This document shows positions 1 to 8,216 of a DNA stretch of 32,000 nucleotides, piece after piece. Made by a program: the position numbers and the translations under genes. How positions within the stretch are numbered: the stretch's first letter is position 1; every line of letters starts with the position of its first letter. The stretch lies in sequence record MN908693.1; one strand, 5' to 3'. Under the pieces are notes generated by a model that was not told the DNA's origin, made no database searches, and was given only the letters and a program-made list of their open reading frames with translations. Origin of the DNA: Gordonia phage AnClar.

Positions 1-287
1 GCGGTCTGGGCGCAGCCAACGGCAACACCATCAACGCCTACCGCATGACGCCGTGGGTGCTCTACCTCGACGGCCAGCCCACCATGGGTCCTATCGCCTC
101 GGGCACCTCGATCCGGTTCCCGCTCGTCGCCGGGCAAAAGGTCCGCATCGGCGTCTCAGCGTCGATTGCCAACTTCCCGTCCGTGCGCGGCGGCGGTGAA
201 GACGCCACCGACGTGCCCGCGACCACGAACATCACCCACGTCGGCGGCGGACCCATCGCGGTGTTCTCGGGCATTAAGGTGGCGTGA
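1..287 (+). CDS. 3' end of a minor tail-like protein (truncated by window start)
   Basis: Frame 3 is open from base 3 (GLGAANGNTINAYRMTPWVLYLDGQP...) to a stop at 287, followed directly by the next ORF in a tail gene context. Confidence 0.6.
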   Translation, partial: GLGAANGNTINAYRMTPWVLYLDGQPTMGPIASGTSIRFPLVAGQKVRIGVSASIANFPSVRGGGEDATDVPATTNITHVGGGPIAVFSGIKVA

Positions 288-478
288 TGGCCGACAACAC
301 TGCGCAGGTGCCCGAGCTGCCCAATGTCACGTTCACGCTCACCTACGGCAGCGGCGGCATCGACGGCATGCCGTCGAACACCGTGCGGGTGGTGGCGACG
401 CGGCCCGGCATCCCGACCGAGGACAACCCCAACCCCGAGCCGATCGTGCTGCGCGACACCTCGTTCATCGGGCCGTAG
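284..478 (+). CDS. small tail-region protein
   Basis: ORF MMADNTAQVPELPNVTFTLTYGSGGIDG...; overlaps the upstream stop (GTGATG). Confidence 0.6.
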   Translation: MMADNTAQVPELPNVTFTLTYGSGGIDGMPSNTVRVVATRPGIPTEDNPNPEPIVLRDTSFIGP

Positions 479-487
479 GCTGAGCAC

Positions 488-1102
488 ATGGTCAACGTCT
501 GCGTGAGCGAGAACCTCCAGGTCGAGGCCGGGGCTATCTCGCTCGCGCCCTGGTCGGTGCCGCGCCTGGTCGCCGACGTCGTGGGCAGCTCGTCCGGCGA
601 CGGGCCGCTGTTCCCTCAGGTGACCCTGCCGGGCAAGCTGCTCATCGACGTCAAGGCCGGGTGGGTCAATGACGCGCCGGTCGACCAGATGGTGCTGCTG
701 CGGATCACGCGGGGCCGACGCGACTGGCTGGTGAGCAACCCCAACGCCATCCAGGTGCGCGACCGCTGGAGCTACGCCCTCGACCGCGACCCGGCGGTGC
801 CGACGACCGTGGGCAGCTACAACAGCCAGGTCGGATCAGCCATCGACCTCGGGACCAACACCGTCGCCGAGCCGCTCGACGGGCGGCAGTGGGTCAGCCA
901 GGACGCCCACAGCTCCGATGAGTGGGTCGGGCCGGTCGCGCCGGGGCAGAAGCTCAACGTCTGGTACCGCTGCTACGTCTGGACCCCGCCGCCCTACTCC
1001 GACAACGCCAACGGGTCGAACCCGCAGCACGAGGTGCGCGCCCGCTACACCCGCGTGCAGATGATCGCCTACCCGCAGCAGGGGAGCCTGGTGGCCGGAT
1101 GA
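488..1102 (+). CDS. putative minor tail protein, paralog 1
   Basis: ORF MVNVCVSENLQVEAG...; shares the W-x-N-[AS]-P-x-x-Q pattern with the next two genes; ATGA overlap with the next gene. Confidence 0.7.
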   Translation: MVNVCVSENLQVEAGAISLAPWSVPRLVADVVGSSSGDGPLFPQVTLPGKLLIDVKAGWVNDAPVDQMVLLRITRGRRDWLVSNPNAIQVRDRWSYALDRDPAVPTTVGSYNSQVGSAIDLGTNTVAEPLDGRQWVSQDAHSSDEWVGPVAPGQKLNVWYRCYVWTPPPYSDNANGSNPQHEVRARYTRVQMIAYPQQGSLVAG

Positions 1103-1728
1103 GCCTGAAAATATGCACGGCTGAGTACATGCTCAGCGACACCAACGGCGTCGGGATGCGCCGAGGGTGGTTCCCGCGCATCGTCGCCGAGGCGTTCCTG
1201 GGGTCCGAGCGCGACGGCGAGATCAAGCGCGCGCCGGATCCGGTGCCGATGATCGAGGGCGACCTGACGTGGTTCAACAACAGCCCCGACCCTCAGGTGC
1301 TGGCTGTGCAGGTCCACCGAGCGCCGCGCACCGTCGTGACCACGAACCCCAACACCGTGATCCTGCAGGACGCCTGGACCTACGCCGTCGGAGTCTCGCC
1401 GGTGGCCGACCCGCCGACGGTGATGCAGGACTCCACCGGCGGGCGGCTGCAGCTCGACCGCGCCTACACCCCTGGCGCGGACCTCAAGTTCGGGCGGCTG
1501 TTCCTCGACACCGACGACAGCCAGACCCTGGTCCACATCGGCGTCGTGCCCTCGATGCAGTCGATGCACTTCCGCTACCTCTGCTCGGTCCAGACGCCGG
1601 GCACCTGGACCACACAGGGCGACTCGGGCGCAGCCGGTGCCGCGACCGGCGGCGGTGCTGGCCGCCACGAGGCGCAGGCCCGCTGGACTCGGCTGCTCGC
1701 CATCGCCTCGCCGGTAGGAGCGTCATGA
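1099..1728 (+). CDS. putative minor tail protein, paralog 2
   Basis: ORF MSLKICTAEYMLSDTNG...DLTWFNNSPDPQVLAVQ...; ATGA overlaps on both sides. Confidence 0.7.
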   Translation: MSLKICTAEYMLSDTNGVGMRRGWFPRIVAEAFLGSERDGEIKRAPDPVPMIEGDLTWFNNSPDPQVLAVQVHRAPRTVVTTNPNTVILQDAWTYAVGVSPVADPPTVMQDSTGGRLQLDRAYTPGADLKFGRLFLDTDDSQTLVHIGVVPSMQSMHFRYLCSVQTPGTWTTQGDSGAAGAATGGGAGRHEAQARWTRLLAIASPVGAS

Positions 1729-2321
1729 CCTGCGTCGAGCCGAACCACTTCGACGACACCGACGGCGTCGTCAGCCCGCAGCCCTGGACCCAGTGGCGGC
1801 GCACCGTCGGTCAGGTGGCGGTGTCGGCGTCCGGCGGATACCCGCCCAACGGCGGCGGTGCCAAGAACGACCTGCTGCAGGTCGTCGCGGTCAGCTGGAC
1901 GAACAACAGCCCGATCGCTCAGCAGGTCTACGGCCTGGTCACGCGCGGCAGTGCCTATCTCGCGCTGCAGGCTCGCTCGCGGGCCTACCTCGTGATGCGC
2001 CACGGCCTGCTGGTCGGCGCAGGGTCCACGCCCATGGTCGAGGCCAGCCGGTTCGGCGGCGGCGTCGACCTCGGGCTGTCGGGGTCCAAGGTGCCCTACG
2101 GCGTGTTCGAGCAGCGCCAGTCCAGCCGCACGCTGCCGCTGCTGCCGCAGTCGACCGGCTGGTCGACGGTGGCCCCCGGCGCGACGGTCAACGCCCGCGT
2201 CGAGCTGGCGTTCGTCTCGGACTACTGGGAGTCGGCGCAGCTGGCCAGCGACGAGGGCAGCGAGGCCAACTACATCACCGGCGACACCCGCCTCGACCTG
2301 TTCGCCGTGCCGGTACTCTGA
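1725..2321 (+). CDS. putative minor tail protein, paralog 3
   Basis: ORF MTCVEPNHFDDTDG...VSWTNNSPIAQQVYGLVTRG...RSRAYL... Confidence 0.7.
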   Translation: MTCVEPNHFDDTDGVVSPQPWTQWRRTVGQVAVSASGGYPPNGGGAKNDLLQVVAVSWTNNSPIAQQVYGLVTRGSAYLALQARSRAYLVMRHGLLVGAGSTPMVEASRFGGGVDLGLSGSKVPYGVFEQRQSSRTLPLLPQSTGWSTVAPGATVNARVELAFVSDYWESAQLASDEGSEANYITGDTRLDLFAVPVL

Positions 2322-2352
2322 GGCGGACAACACCGCTAGCCTCGGGAGCCTC

Positions 2353-2700
2353 ATGTTCGACCCACCACCTGGCGACGCCGACCTGCAGGGCGACGTCGAG
2401 CTGACCGACGAACCCGACACCGGATACCGCGAGCTGACCGTCGAGGCGCTCAAGCTGACCCTGCAGGCCCGCCGACCCAGCCCCCGGTCGTGCCACGCCA
2501 TCGCCATGGCCGCCAACGCCAAGCTCGGGGCCGAGCGACAGGCCGACCACCTCACCCTGTTCCTGCGGCAGAACCTCAGCGAGGAGAGCTACCGCGAGGT
2601 GCTCAGCGGCATGATGTCGGGCGAGCTGCCCGCCGACGCGCTGCAGGAGGTGGCCCGCGCGCTCAGCACCTGGGGAACCGCCCGCCCTACACGGCGGTGA
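2353..2700 (+). CDS. tail assembly chaperone-like protein (upstream ORF)
   Basis: Ends ...EVARALSTWGTARPTRR, typical of actinophage tail assembly chaperone upstream ORFs; overlaps a -1 frame ORF. Confidence 0.55.
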   Translation: MFDPPPGDADLQGDVELTDEPDTGYRELTVEALKLTLQARRPSPRSCHAIAMAANAKLGAERQADHLTLFLRQNLSEESYREVLSGMMSGELPADALQEVARALSTWGTARPTRR

Positions 2701-3008
2701 TCACGCTCGCGTCGATCACCAGCGTTCACTGGCGGACCATCCGGGGCCGCATCGGCAGCTACGGCATCGCCCGGCCCCTGGAGCAGCTGCCGCACCTGCA
2801 CGCGCTGCTCGACCTGACCGAGGCGGCGGTGATGGAGTCGTTCTCGGGCAAAGACGCCGAGCGCGAGCGCAAGTCGTTCATCGACAAGCTCTACGCCCCC
2901 GAGCGCGGAAAGAAAGTCGAGGGCACCGGCCACCGACCGGCACCGGCAGGGTTCGACGAGGACGCCATGGAGGCGTCGTTCGACGCGTTCCTCGCCACGG
3001 CGCACTGA
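2697..3008 (+). CDS. tail assembly chaperone-like downstream ORF (made by coupled GTG start or -1 frameshift)
   Basis: VITLASITSVHWRTIRGRIGSYGIARPLEQLPHLHALLDLTEAAVMES...; GTG at 2697 overlaps the upstream TGA; the same frame is open back to 2490. Confidence 0.6.
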   Translation: MITLASITSVHWRTIRGRIGSYGIARPLEQLPHLHALLDLTEAAVMESFSGKDAERERKSFIDKLYAPERGKKVEGTGHRPAPAGFDEDAMEASFDAFLATAH

Positions 3009-3020
3009 TACCCTGACGCC

Positions 3021-3437
3021 ATGGCAGACCTCCTCGTGGGCTACGACCCGAGCCAACCGGCAGGCCAACGGTTCGCGCCCGAGGTCCGCGCCGAGATCGC
3101 CGAGGTCGCCCCGGACAACATCGACAACGGCTCAGTCACCACAGCCAAGCTCGCCAACGACGCGGTGACCGGCGACAAGCTCGCGCCCGGCGCGGTCGGC
3201 TCGACCGAGATCGCCACCGGCGGCGTGGGCACAGCCAACCTCGCCAACGACGCGGTGACCACGGCCAAGCTCGCCAACGACTCGGTGACCGGGGCCAAGG
3301 CCGGTCTCGGCATCGCCACCGCGCACGACGCAGCGGGCAATGAGACCTCCATCGACTTCGTCCCGATCACCGCCGCTCAGTACGGCGCGCTCGGCACCCC
3401 CGACCCCAACACCGTCTACTTCATCAGCGACACATGA
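3021..3437 (+). CDS. tail fiber/stem-like protein with TTAKLAND repeats
   Basis: MADLLVGYDPSQPAGQRFAPEVRAEIAEVAPDNIDNGSVTTAKLANDAVTGDKLAPGAV... repetitive fiber stem. Confidence 0.75.
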   Translation: MADLLVGYDPSQPAGQRFAPEVRAEIAEVAPDNIDNGSVTTAKLANDAVTGDKLAPGAVGSTEIATGGVGTANLANDAVTTAKLANDSVTGAKAGLGIATAHDAAGNETSIDFVPITAAQYGALGTPDPNTVYFISDT

Positions 3438-4132
3438 GCCTGCGGCGGGGCGGCACGGCCATCACCGACGTCCGGCTGGGGACCAAGCCCATCACCCAGA
3501 TACGCCGGGGGTCGACGCTCATCTGGACGCGGGCCAACCTGCGCGACGACTTCAACCGAGCCGACTCGATCGGCCTCGGCGCGAACTGGGTCGACCTCGG
3601 CCCGGCCACGAACCCCTACCTGGCCTCGGTCATCAACGGCTACGCGCGCCTGAATATCCCGTCGAACCTCATCAACCTGGAGCTGCGCACCTCGCGCATG
3701 CGGTACCAGGCAGCGGTCAAGCCGACCGACGCCGGACACATCGAGGCCCGCGTCGCGCTCAAGGGCGACGAGGGCTGGGACCGCATCACTGACATCTTCG
3801 GGTGGATGAACGTCGACATGTCCGGCGGCGTGGCCATCCGTCTCGACGGCGCTCGGGCCTCGATCGTCCGGCGGCTGAGCAACACCAGCGTCGCCGTGGC
3901 CACCGGCGGCCCGTACGCTGCCGGTGACTCGCTGCGGCTGCTGCGCTCGGCGGACCTCAAGACGTGGACGCTGCGGCGCAACGGGCAGCTGCTCGTCGAG
4001 TGGGACGACGCCGCCCTCACCGCGCCCGCAGGGGCCGCGTTCCGGTCGGTCGGCCTGCTGGTCTCGGGCACCAAGGACACGCTCGGCCCTCGGCGCTACA
4101 GCGCGGCGGTCGACTACATCGAGGCCGCCTAG
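3434..4132 (+). CDS. minor tail protein, possible lectin-like/receptor-binding domain
   Basis: MSLRRGGTAITDVRLGTKPITQIRRGSTLIWTRANLRDDFNRADSIGLGANW...; follows the stem gene with ATGA overlap. Confidence 0.6.
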   Translation: MSLRRGGTAITDVRLGTKPITQIRRGSTLIWTRANLRDDFNRADSIGLGANWVDLGPATNPYLASVINGYARLNIPSNLINLELRTSRMRYQAAVKPTDAGHIEARVALKGDEGWDRITDIFGWMNVDMSGGVAIRLDGARASIVRRLSNTSVAVATGGPYAAGDSLRLLRSADLKTWTLRRNGQLLVEWDDAALTAPAGAAFRSVGLLVSGTKDTLGPRRYSAAVDYIEAA

Positions 4133-4140
4133 GAGGACCA

Positions 4141-4956
4141 GTGGCTGACCGCCTGCCCGCCATCGACACCACGCTGCCGCCGGGCCAGCGCTTCCCTGCC
4201 GTCGTCCGCGACGAGATCGCGGTGGTGGCCTCGGCGATGGTCACCAAGTCCAGCATCGGTCTGGGCAACGTCGACAACACCAGCGACCTGAACAAACCGC
4301 TCAGCTCAGCCGCCCAGGAGGCGCTGAACGCCAAGGTCACCAAGATCGCGGAGACAAACAAGGCGTACGGAACCAACAGCGCCGGGGCCGACAACGCCTG
4401 GTCTATCTCGTCGTCGGCCACCTCGACCACCCTCGCACTGCGCGGCACCGGCGGCACCCTGCAGGTCGGCACAGCTACGGCGGCCAACCACGCGGTCACC
4501 AAGGCTCAGCTCGATGCGGTCGCGGCCAGCGGCGGCGTACAGGACGGCGGGGTGACCACGGCCAAGATCGCCGACGGCGCGGTGACCCTGGCGAAGTTCG
4601 CCAACGAGGTAGGCCCGGAGATGAGCGCCATCGCGGCGACCGAGGCAGCGAGCTACGTCAACAACGTGCTGCTGCCGATCGCGGGGGCTGAGCTGGGCGA
4701 CGGGGCGGTGACCACGACCAAGCTCGGGGACCTGCAGGTGACCTCAGCCAAGCTCGCCGACGGCGCAGTGAACAGCTCCAAGATCGCCAACGGGTCGGTG
4801 GCCCTGGTCGACCTCGCATCGTCCGTGCAGACCTCGCTGGGCAAGGCCGACGCCGCGCTCGCCGGGCAGAACGGGGCGACGGCCATCTGGACCGGCACCC
4901 TGGCGCAGCTGCCGGTCACTGGCGCGGCGGGCGTCGTGTACTTCGTGGTGGGCTGA
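4141..4956 (+). CDS. second tail fiber/stem-like protein
   Basis: GTG start after AGGAGG; N-term LPPGQRFPAVVRDEIAVVA parallels the 3021 gene; VTTAKIADGAVTLAKF... repeats. Confidence 0.75.
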   Translation: MADRLPAIDTTLPPGQRFPAVVRDEIAVVASAMVTKSSIGLGNVDNTSDLNKPLSSAAQEALNAKVTKIAETNKAYGTNSAGADNAWSISSSATSTTLALRGTGGTLQVGTATAANHAVTKAQLDAVAASGGVQDGGVTTAKIADGAVTLAKFANEVGPEMSAIAATEAASYVNNVLLPIAGAELGDGAVTTTKLGDLQVTSAKLADGAVNSSKIANGSVALVDLASSVQTSLGKADAALAGQNGATAIWTGTLAQLPVTGAAGVVYFVVG

Positions 4957-4959
4957 GCC

Positions 4960-5526
4960 GTGGCGAACGCCTACGTCGGCAACGGCAGCGCGACGTTCCA
5001 GGAGATCAGGACCGCCCGCGTCGGCAACAGCGGGGTCGACGACCGCGTGCGGGCCATGGTCTGGAACGGCTCGGCCTACGTGCCGCGCTGGGAGAAGCCG
5101 ATGCCCTACCGAATGGTGACCACGGACATCATGAAGGGCACCGGCACCTCGTGGGCGAGCTGGTCCACCGGCAGCCCGGTGGCCGATAGGGCCAACTATC
5201 CCCACACCCTGACCTCGGGAGCGCACATCGTCATCCCGCCCCAGGCCCCGGTCTATCGGGCGAACATATCGGCGGCAGGCACGCACCGAGCGGGCGCGGT
5301 ACCTCGGTACGCACAGCTGCGGATCATGCTCGATGGAAACGTGCTGTCTGAGGGCGCGCAGAGCACCGGAGCGCCCGGCACGGCCACGGCGTCAGCGAGC
5401 AACGTGGACCTGTATCCGGGCGCTCAGATCAGGCTCGACTGGCGCTGCGAGGGCAATTTCTTCACCCGGCCCGAGTTCAACGCGGGCGAGTGCTACCTGC
5501 AGATCACGCCGACGGTTCGCGCTTAG
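4960..5526 (+). CDS. minor tail protein
   Basis: MANAYVGNGSATFQEIRTARVGNSGVDDRVRAMVWNGSAYVPRWEKP...; follows the second stem gene. Confidence 0.6.
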   Translation: MANAYVGNGSATFQEIRTARVGNSGVDDRVRAMVWNGSAYVPRWEKPMPYRMVTTDIMKGTGTSWASWSTGSPVADRANYPHTLTSGAHIVIPPQAPVYRANISAAGTHRAGAVPRYAQLRIMLDGNVLSEGAQSTGAPGTATASASNVDLYPGAQIRLDWRCEGNFFTRPEFNAGECYLQITPTVRA

Positions 5527-5750
5527 CGAGCACCCCAGCGCCCGCGCCCAGGTCGGTTCTCCATCCAGCGGTCGATGGTCTCGGGCAGGTAGCCCTTGTG
5601 GTTGCCGACCAGGGCGTCGTGCGGCGGCAGCACCAGGCCCGACAGCGACCGGATCGACTTGAGGCCGATACGCTCCGCGACCTCAGACCGCGACAGGTAG
5701 ACAGCTACCTCGCGGTCTGGGTCGGGGTCGACGGTCGTCTTGGCGGCCAT
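5523..5750 (-). CDS. small HTH/excise-like DNA-binding protein
   Basis: REVAVYLSRSEVAERIGLKSIRSLSGLVLPPHDALVGNHKGYLPETIDRWMENRPG resembles a winged-helix (MerR/Xis-like) fold; its stop overlaps the convergent tail gene stop. Confidence 0.6.
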   Translation of the reverse strand: MAAKTTVDPDPDREVAVYLSRSEVAERIGLKSIRSLSGLVLPPHDALVGNHKGYLPETIDRWMENRPGRGRWGAR

Positions 5751-5763
5751 GGGCCTCTCCTCA

Positions 5764-6183
5764 TCAGTCGGTGTTGTTACTCCCGATGATAGTAGTCGTT
5801 GTCAAGCCCACGCCATCGTAGGAGTCCCACTCGACGACGGCGCGCATGACGGCGGCCTGCTGCAGCGGCGAGTCGTCGGCGCTGAGGTAGACCGTCGAGT
5901 CCGGCGGATTGTCGTCGTCCTCCCAGAACCCGATGACCGCCTCGACGGCCTTGTCGAACTCGATGTGCAGGGCGGTGACGGTGTCGAGCAGCCCCGGCGG
6001 GCAGGGCCGCCTGTTGGTCTCGATGCGCTTGTAGCTGTGCAGGCTCATCCCCAGGGCGTCGGCCATGTCCTGCTGGCTCAGGCCGATGTAGCGGCGGCGC
6101 GCCAGGATGGCCAGCCCGAGGTTGTCGGTGTAGGTCGGCGGGTTCGGCTCGGTGGTGGTCTGCGGTGTGTCGGTGACGGTCAT
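5764..6183 (-). CDS. Cro/CI-type helix-turn-helix protein (possible repressor)
   Basis: LAILARRRYIGLSQQDMADALGMSLHSYKRIETNRRP is a classical HTH_3 pattern. Confidence 0.7.
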   Translation of the reverse strand: MTVTDTPQTTTEPNPPTYTDNLGLAILARRRYIGLSQQDMADALGMSLHSYKRIETNRRPCPPGLLDTVTALHIEFDKAVEAVIGFWEDDDNPPDSTVYLSADDSPLQQAAVMRAVVEWDSYDGVGLTTTTIIGSNNTD

Positions 6184-6200
6184 GATGTCCTCTCAGGTGG

Positions 6201-6233
6201 CGGCAGCCCGACCCGCGTGGGGCCGGGCTGCCG
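6201..6233 (-). terminator. intergenic hairpin terminator candidate
   Basis: Perfect 10-bp stem CGGCAGCCCG (6201-6210)/CGGGCTGCCG (6224-6233), just downstream of the 6246 gene stop. Confidence 0.5.
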
Positions 6234-6245
6234 GGTGGTGGTCGG

Positions 6246-6956
6246 TCAGAACTTCTCGGCGCACTTGGGGCCGATGCCCTGCGCCCGGCTGTCGTCGTTG
6301 GTGAGCGTGCGCCCGCAGACGCCGCACTCGCCGATCTCGCGCCCGTAGCGCTTGCTGGCGTCCTCAGCGCCCGCCTCGGCAATCTTGGCGAGCACGGCCT
6401 TGGTGGTGGCCCAGCTGAGCCGGATCTCCTCGTCGCTGCGCATGAGCTTGACGAACACGCGCCCGGCCCACCGGCCCTCGGTGGGGCGGTCGACCTTGTA
6501 GAACGCCAGCTCGTTGGCTGCGCCCTCGCCGGTCTCGATGGCGTAGCGACCGGCGGGCACCTCGGGGGCCTCGACGCGGCTGTTCTTCTCGGCCTCGACG
6601 TTGCGGCGCGCCCCGGCGCTCAGCTCAGCAGGCTTGCGGGGGCAGGTCTGCAGCCAGTCGATCATCGCGCTCGCGCCCGGCTTGGTGAGCTGGTCGACGC
6701 CGCCCTGGTGCAGGGCCTGGTTGACCTTGCCGCCGAGGAACGGGGCGGTGAGAAACATGTTGCCGCTGCTGAGCTTCCCGAGGGCGACGTCGATGGCGAT
6801 GCTGATGGTGGCGGCCCGCGAGGTCCAGCTGGCGGCCTGCCCGGTGGTCCAGTCGCGGTCGGCCAGCAGGTCGGCGAGGTAGTTGATCTGGCCGTCGGTG
6901 GGGTCGACGCCTGCGACCGGGCGGGCGGTGTTGAACGGGGTCTTGGTGATGCTCAT
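6246..6956 (-). CDS. protein with C-terminal zinc-binding CxxC...C motif (DUF6011-like)
   Basis: C-term GECGVCGRTLTNDDSRAQGIGPKCAEKF. Confidence 0.6.
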   Translation of the reverse strand: MSITKTPFNTARPVAGVDPTDGQINYLADLLADRDWTTGQAASWTSRAATISIAIDVALGKLSSGNMFLTAPFLGGKVNQALHQGGVDQLTKPGASAMIDWLQTCPRKPAELSAGARRNVEAEKNSRVEAPEVPAGRYAIETGEGAANELAFYKVDRPTEGRWAGRVFVKLMRSDEEIRLSWATTKAVLAKIAEAGAEDASKRYGREIGECGVCGRTLTNDDSRAQGIGPKCAEKF

Positions 6957-7030
6957 GGTGTTCCTCTCTCGGCGGGTATGTCCCGCTCACATGCCCTACG
7001 TTACTCGGGGTTGTCGATGAGCGCAAGCCC
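6957..7030 (-). promoter_or_regulatory. regulatory unit A (promoter, degenerate palindrome, 5'UTR hairpin, RBS)
   Basis: -35 TTGCGC (7026-7021), 17-nt spacer, -10 TAACGT (7003-6998), hairpin GCGGG-N5-CCCGC 6972-6986, then GAGAGAGGAACACCATG. Confidence 0.8.
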
Positions 7031-7061
7031 GAGTTCACACGGTCGGTCTACCCTCGGGGTT

Positions 7062-8216
7062 ATGGCTGACCCCACCTGGATTCCCGAGGCGCTGCGCGCT
7101 GAGGGCCTGACTTGTCACATCTTCGACGGCGCTTTCGGGCGCGGCCAGGGCGATATGCCCGACGGCTACCTCATCCCATTCATCCACCACATGGGCGCGA
7201 GCGGCACCGCTGGCCCCGGCTCGATCGCCCGGCACCCCACCCTGGGCCTGGCCTCGCAGCTCTACCTCGGGCGCAACGGCGAGTACACGCTGTGCGGCGT
7301 CGGGGTGGCGTACCACGCGGGCGTCGGCAGCTGGCCGGGCCTGCCGACGAACAACGCCAACTTCCACAGCATCGGCATCGAGGCCGAGAACAGCGGCACC
7401 GAGGGCTGGTCGACGCCGCAGTACACCAGCTACCTGCGCGGCGTCCGCGCGCTGAACCGTCACCAGCGCCGCGCGCTCAACAGCGTCGTCGCGCACAAGG
7501 AATACGGCGCGGTGCAGGGCAAGTGGGATCCCGGTCTGATCGACATGAAGCGGTTCCGCAGCCAGCTGGTCGAGCCGGGCAAGCCGCCGGAGAACATGAT
7601 CGAGCGCGAGGCCCGCGAGCACCCGTGGGTCGGGGCGCGCAAGGCCAAGCCCGGCGCTGAGGGCGAGACCCCGGTGGGCCGCGACCGGCTCGGGCGCATG
7701 GTCGCCTACGAGCGCGCCCACATCTACTTCCATCCGCGCACCGGCGCGTTCGTCGTCCCGCACGCCGACCCCGCGCTGCCGGGCACCGGCATCTTCGAGG
7801 CGTGGGCAGCGCTCGGTTGGGAGTCCGGCGCGCTCGGCTACCCCGTCCGCGACTTCGCCCACATCGAGGCCCACGGCGTCAAGGGCGCGGTGCAGGCGTT
7901 CCAGGGCGGCGTGCTCTACGTGCCCGACGACCAGACGGTGCTCAAGCCCTCGGTGGTCACCGGCCTCATCGGCCAGCGGTGGGCCGCTGAGGGCTACGAG
8001 ACAGGCGAGCTGGGGTGGCCCAAGGCCAGCGAGGTGCCCAACGGCACCGGCGGTCGGCTGCAGGAGTTCCAGTTCGGCTGGCTCGAATGGGATCCGACCT
8101 CGGCGGTCAAGCACCTGGGCGAGCACGGCATGGCCCTGGTCCGCGACCTCTCGGTCGTCGATCAGACCAACGGCCTGCCGCTGGCCCTCGGCGCGGTCGA
8201 TCTGGTCGCAGCATGA
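7062..8216 (+). CDS. lysA: endolysin: N-acetylmuramoyl-L-alanine amidase with C-terminal LGFP-like repeats (LysA)
   Basis: FIHHMGASGTAG... and NNANFHSIGIEAEN...AHKEYG...KWDPG amidase_2 motifs; LGWESGALGYPVRDF and YETGELGWPKASE LGFP-type repeats. Confidence 0.88.
   Translation: MADPTWIPEALRAEGLTCHIFDGAFGRGQGDMPDGYLIPFIHHMGASGTAGPGSIARHPTLGLASQLYLGRNGEYTLCGVGVAYHAGVGSWPGLPTNNANFHSIGIEAENSGTEGWSTPQYTSYLRGVRALNRHQRRALNSVVAHKEYGAVQGKWDPGLIDMKRFRSQLVEPGKPPENMIEREAREHPWVGARKAKPGAEGETPVGRDRLGRMVAYERAHIYFHPRTGAFVVPHADPALPGTGIFEAWAALGWESGALGYPVRDFAHIEAHGVKGAVQAFQGGVLYVPDDQTVLKPSVVTGLIGQRWAAEGYETGELGWPKASEVPNGTGGRLQEFQFGWLEWDPTSAVKHLGEHGMALVRDLSVVDQTNGLPLALGAVDLVAA

Noticed and set aside
3133-3290. CRISPR-like direct repeats
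   Set aside because: The repeats are in-frame fiber stem codons (TTAKLAND) with no unique spacer structure. No CRISPR array was seen elsewhere in the window.
5777-5805. TTGACA on the minus strand upstream of gene 5523-5750 as a promoter
   Set aside because: No acceptable -10 at 16-18 nt (GAGTAA), and the sequence encodes the C-terminus of 5764-6183. Only the half-site ACAACACCGACT was retained as an observation.
7035-8126. 363-aa minus-strand ORF antisense to lysA
   Set aside because: Low-complexity shadow ORF; lysA motifs on the plus strand are clear.
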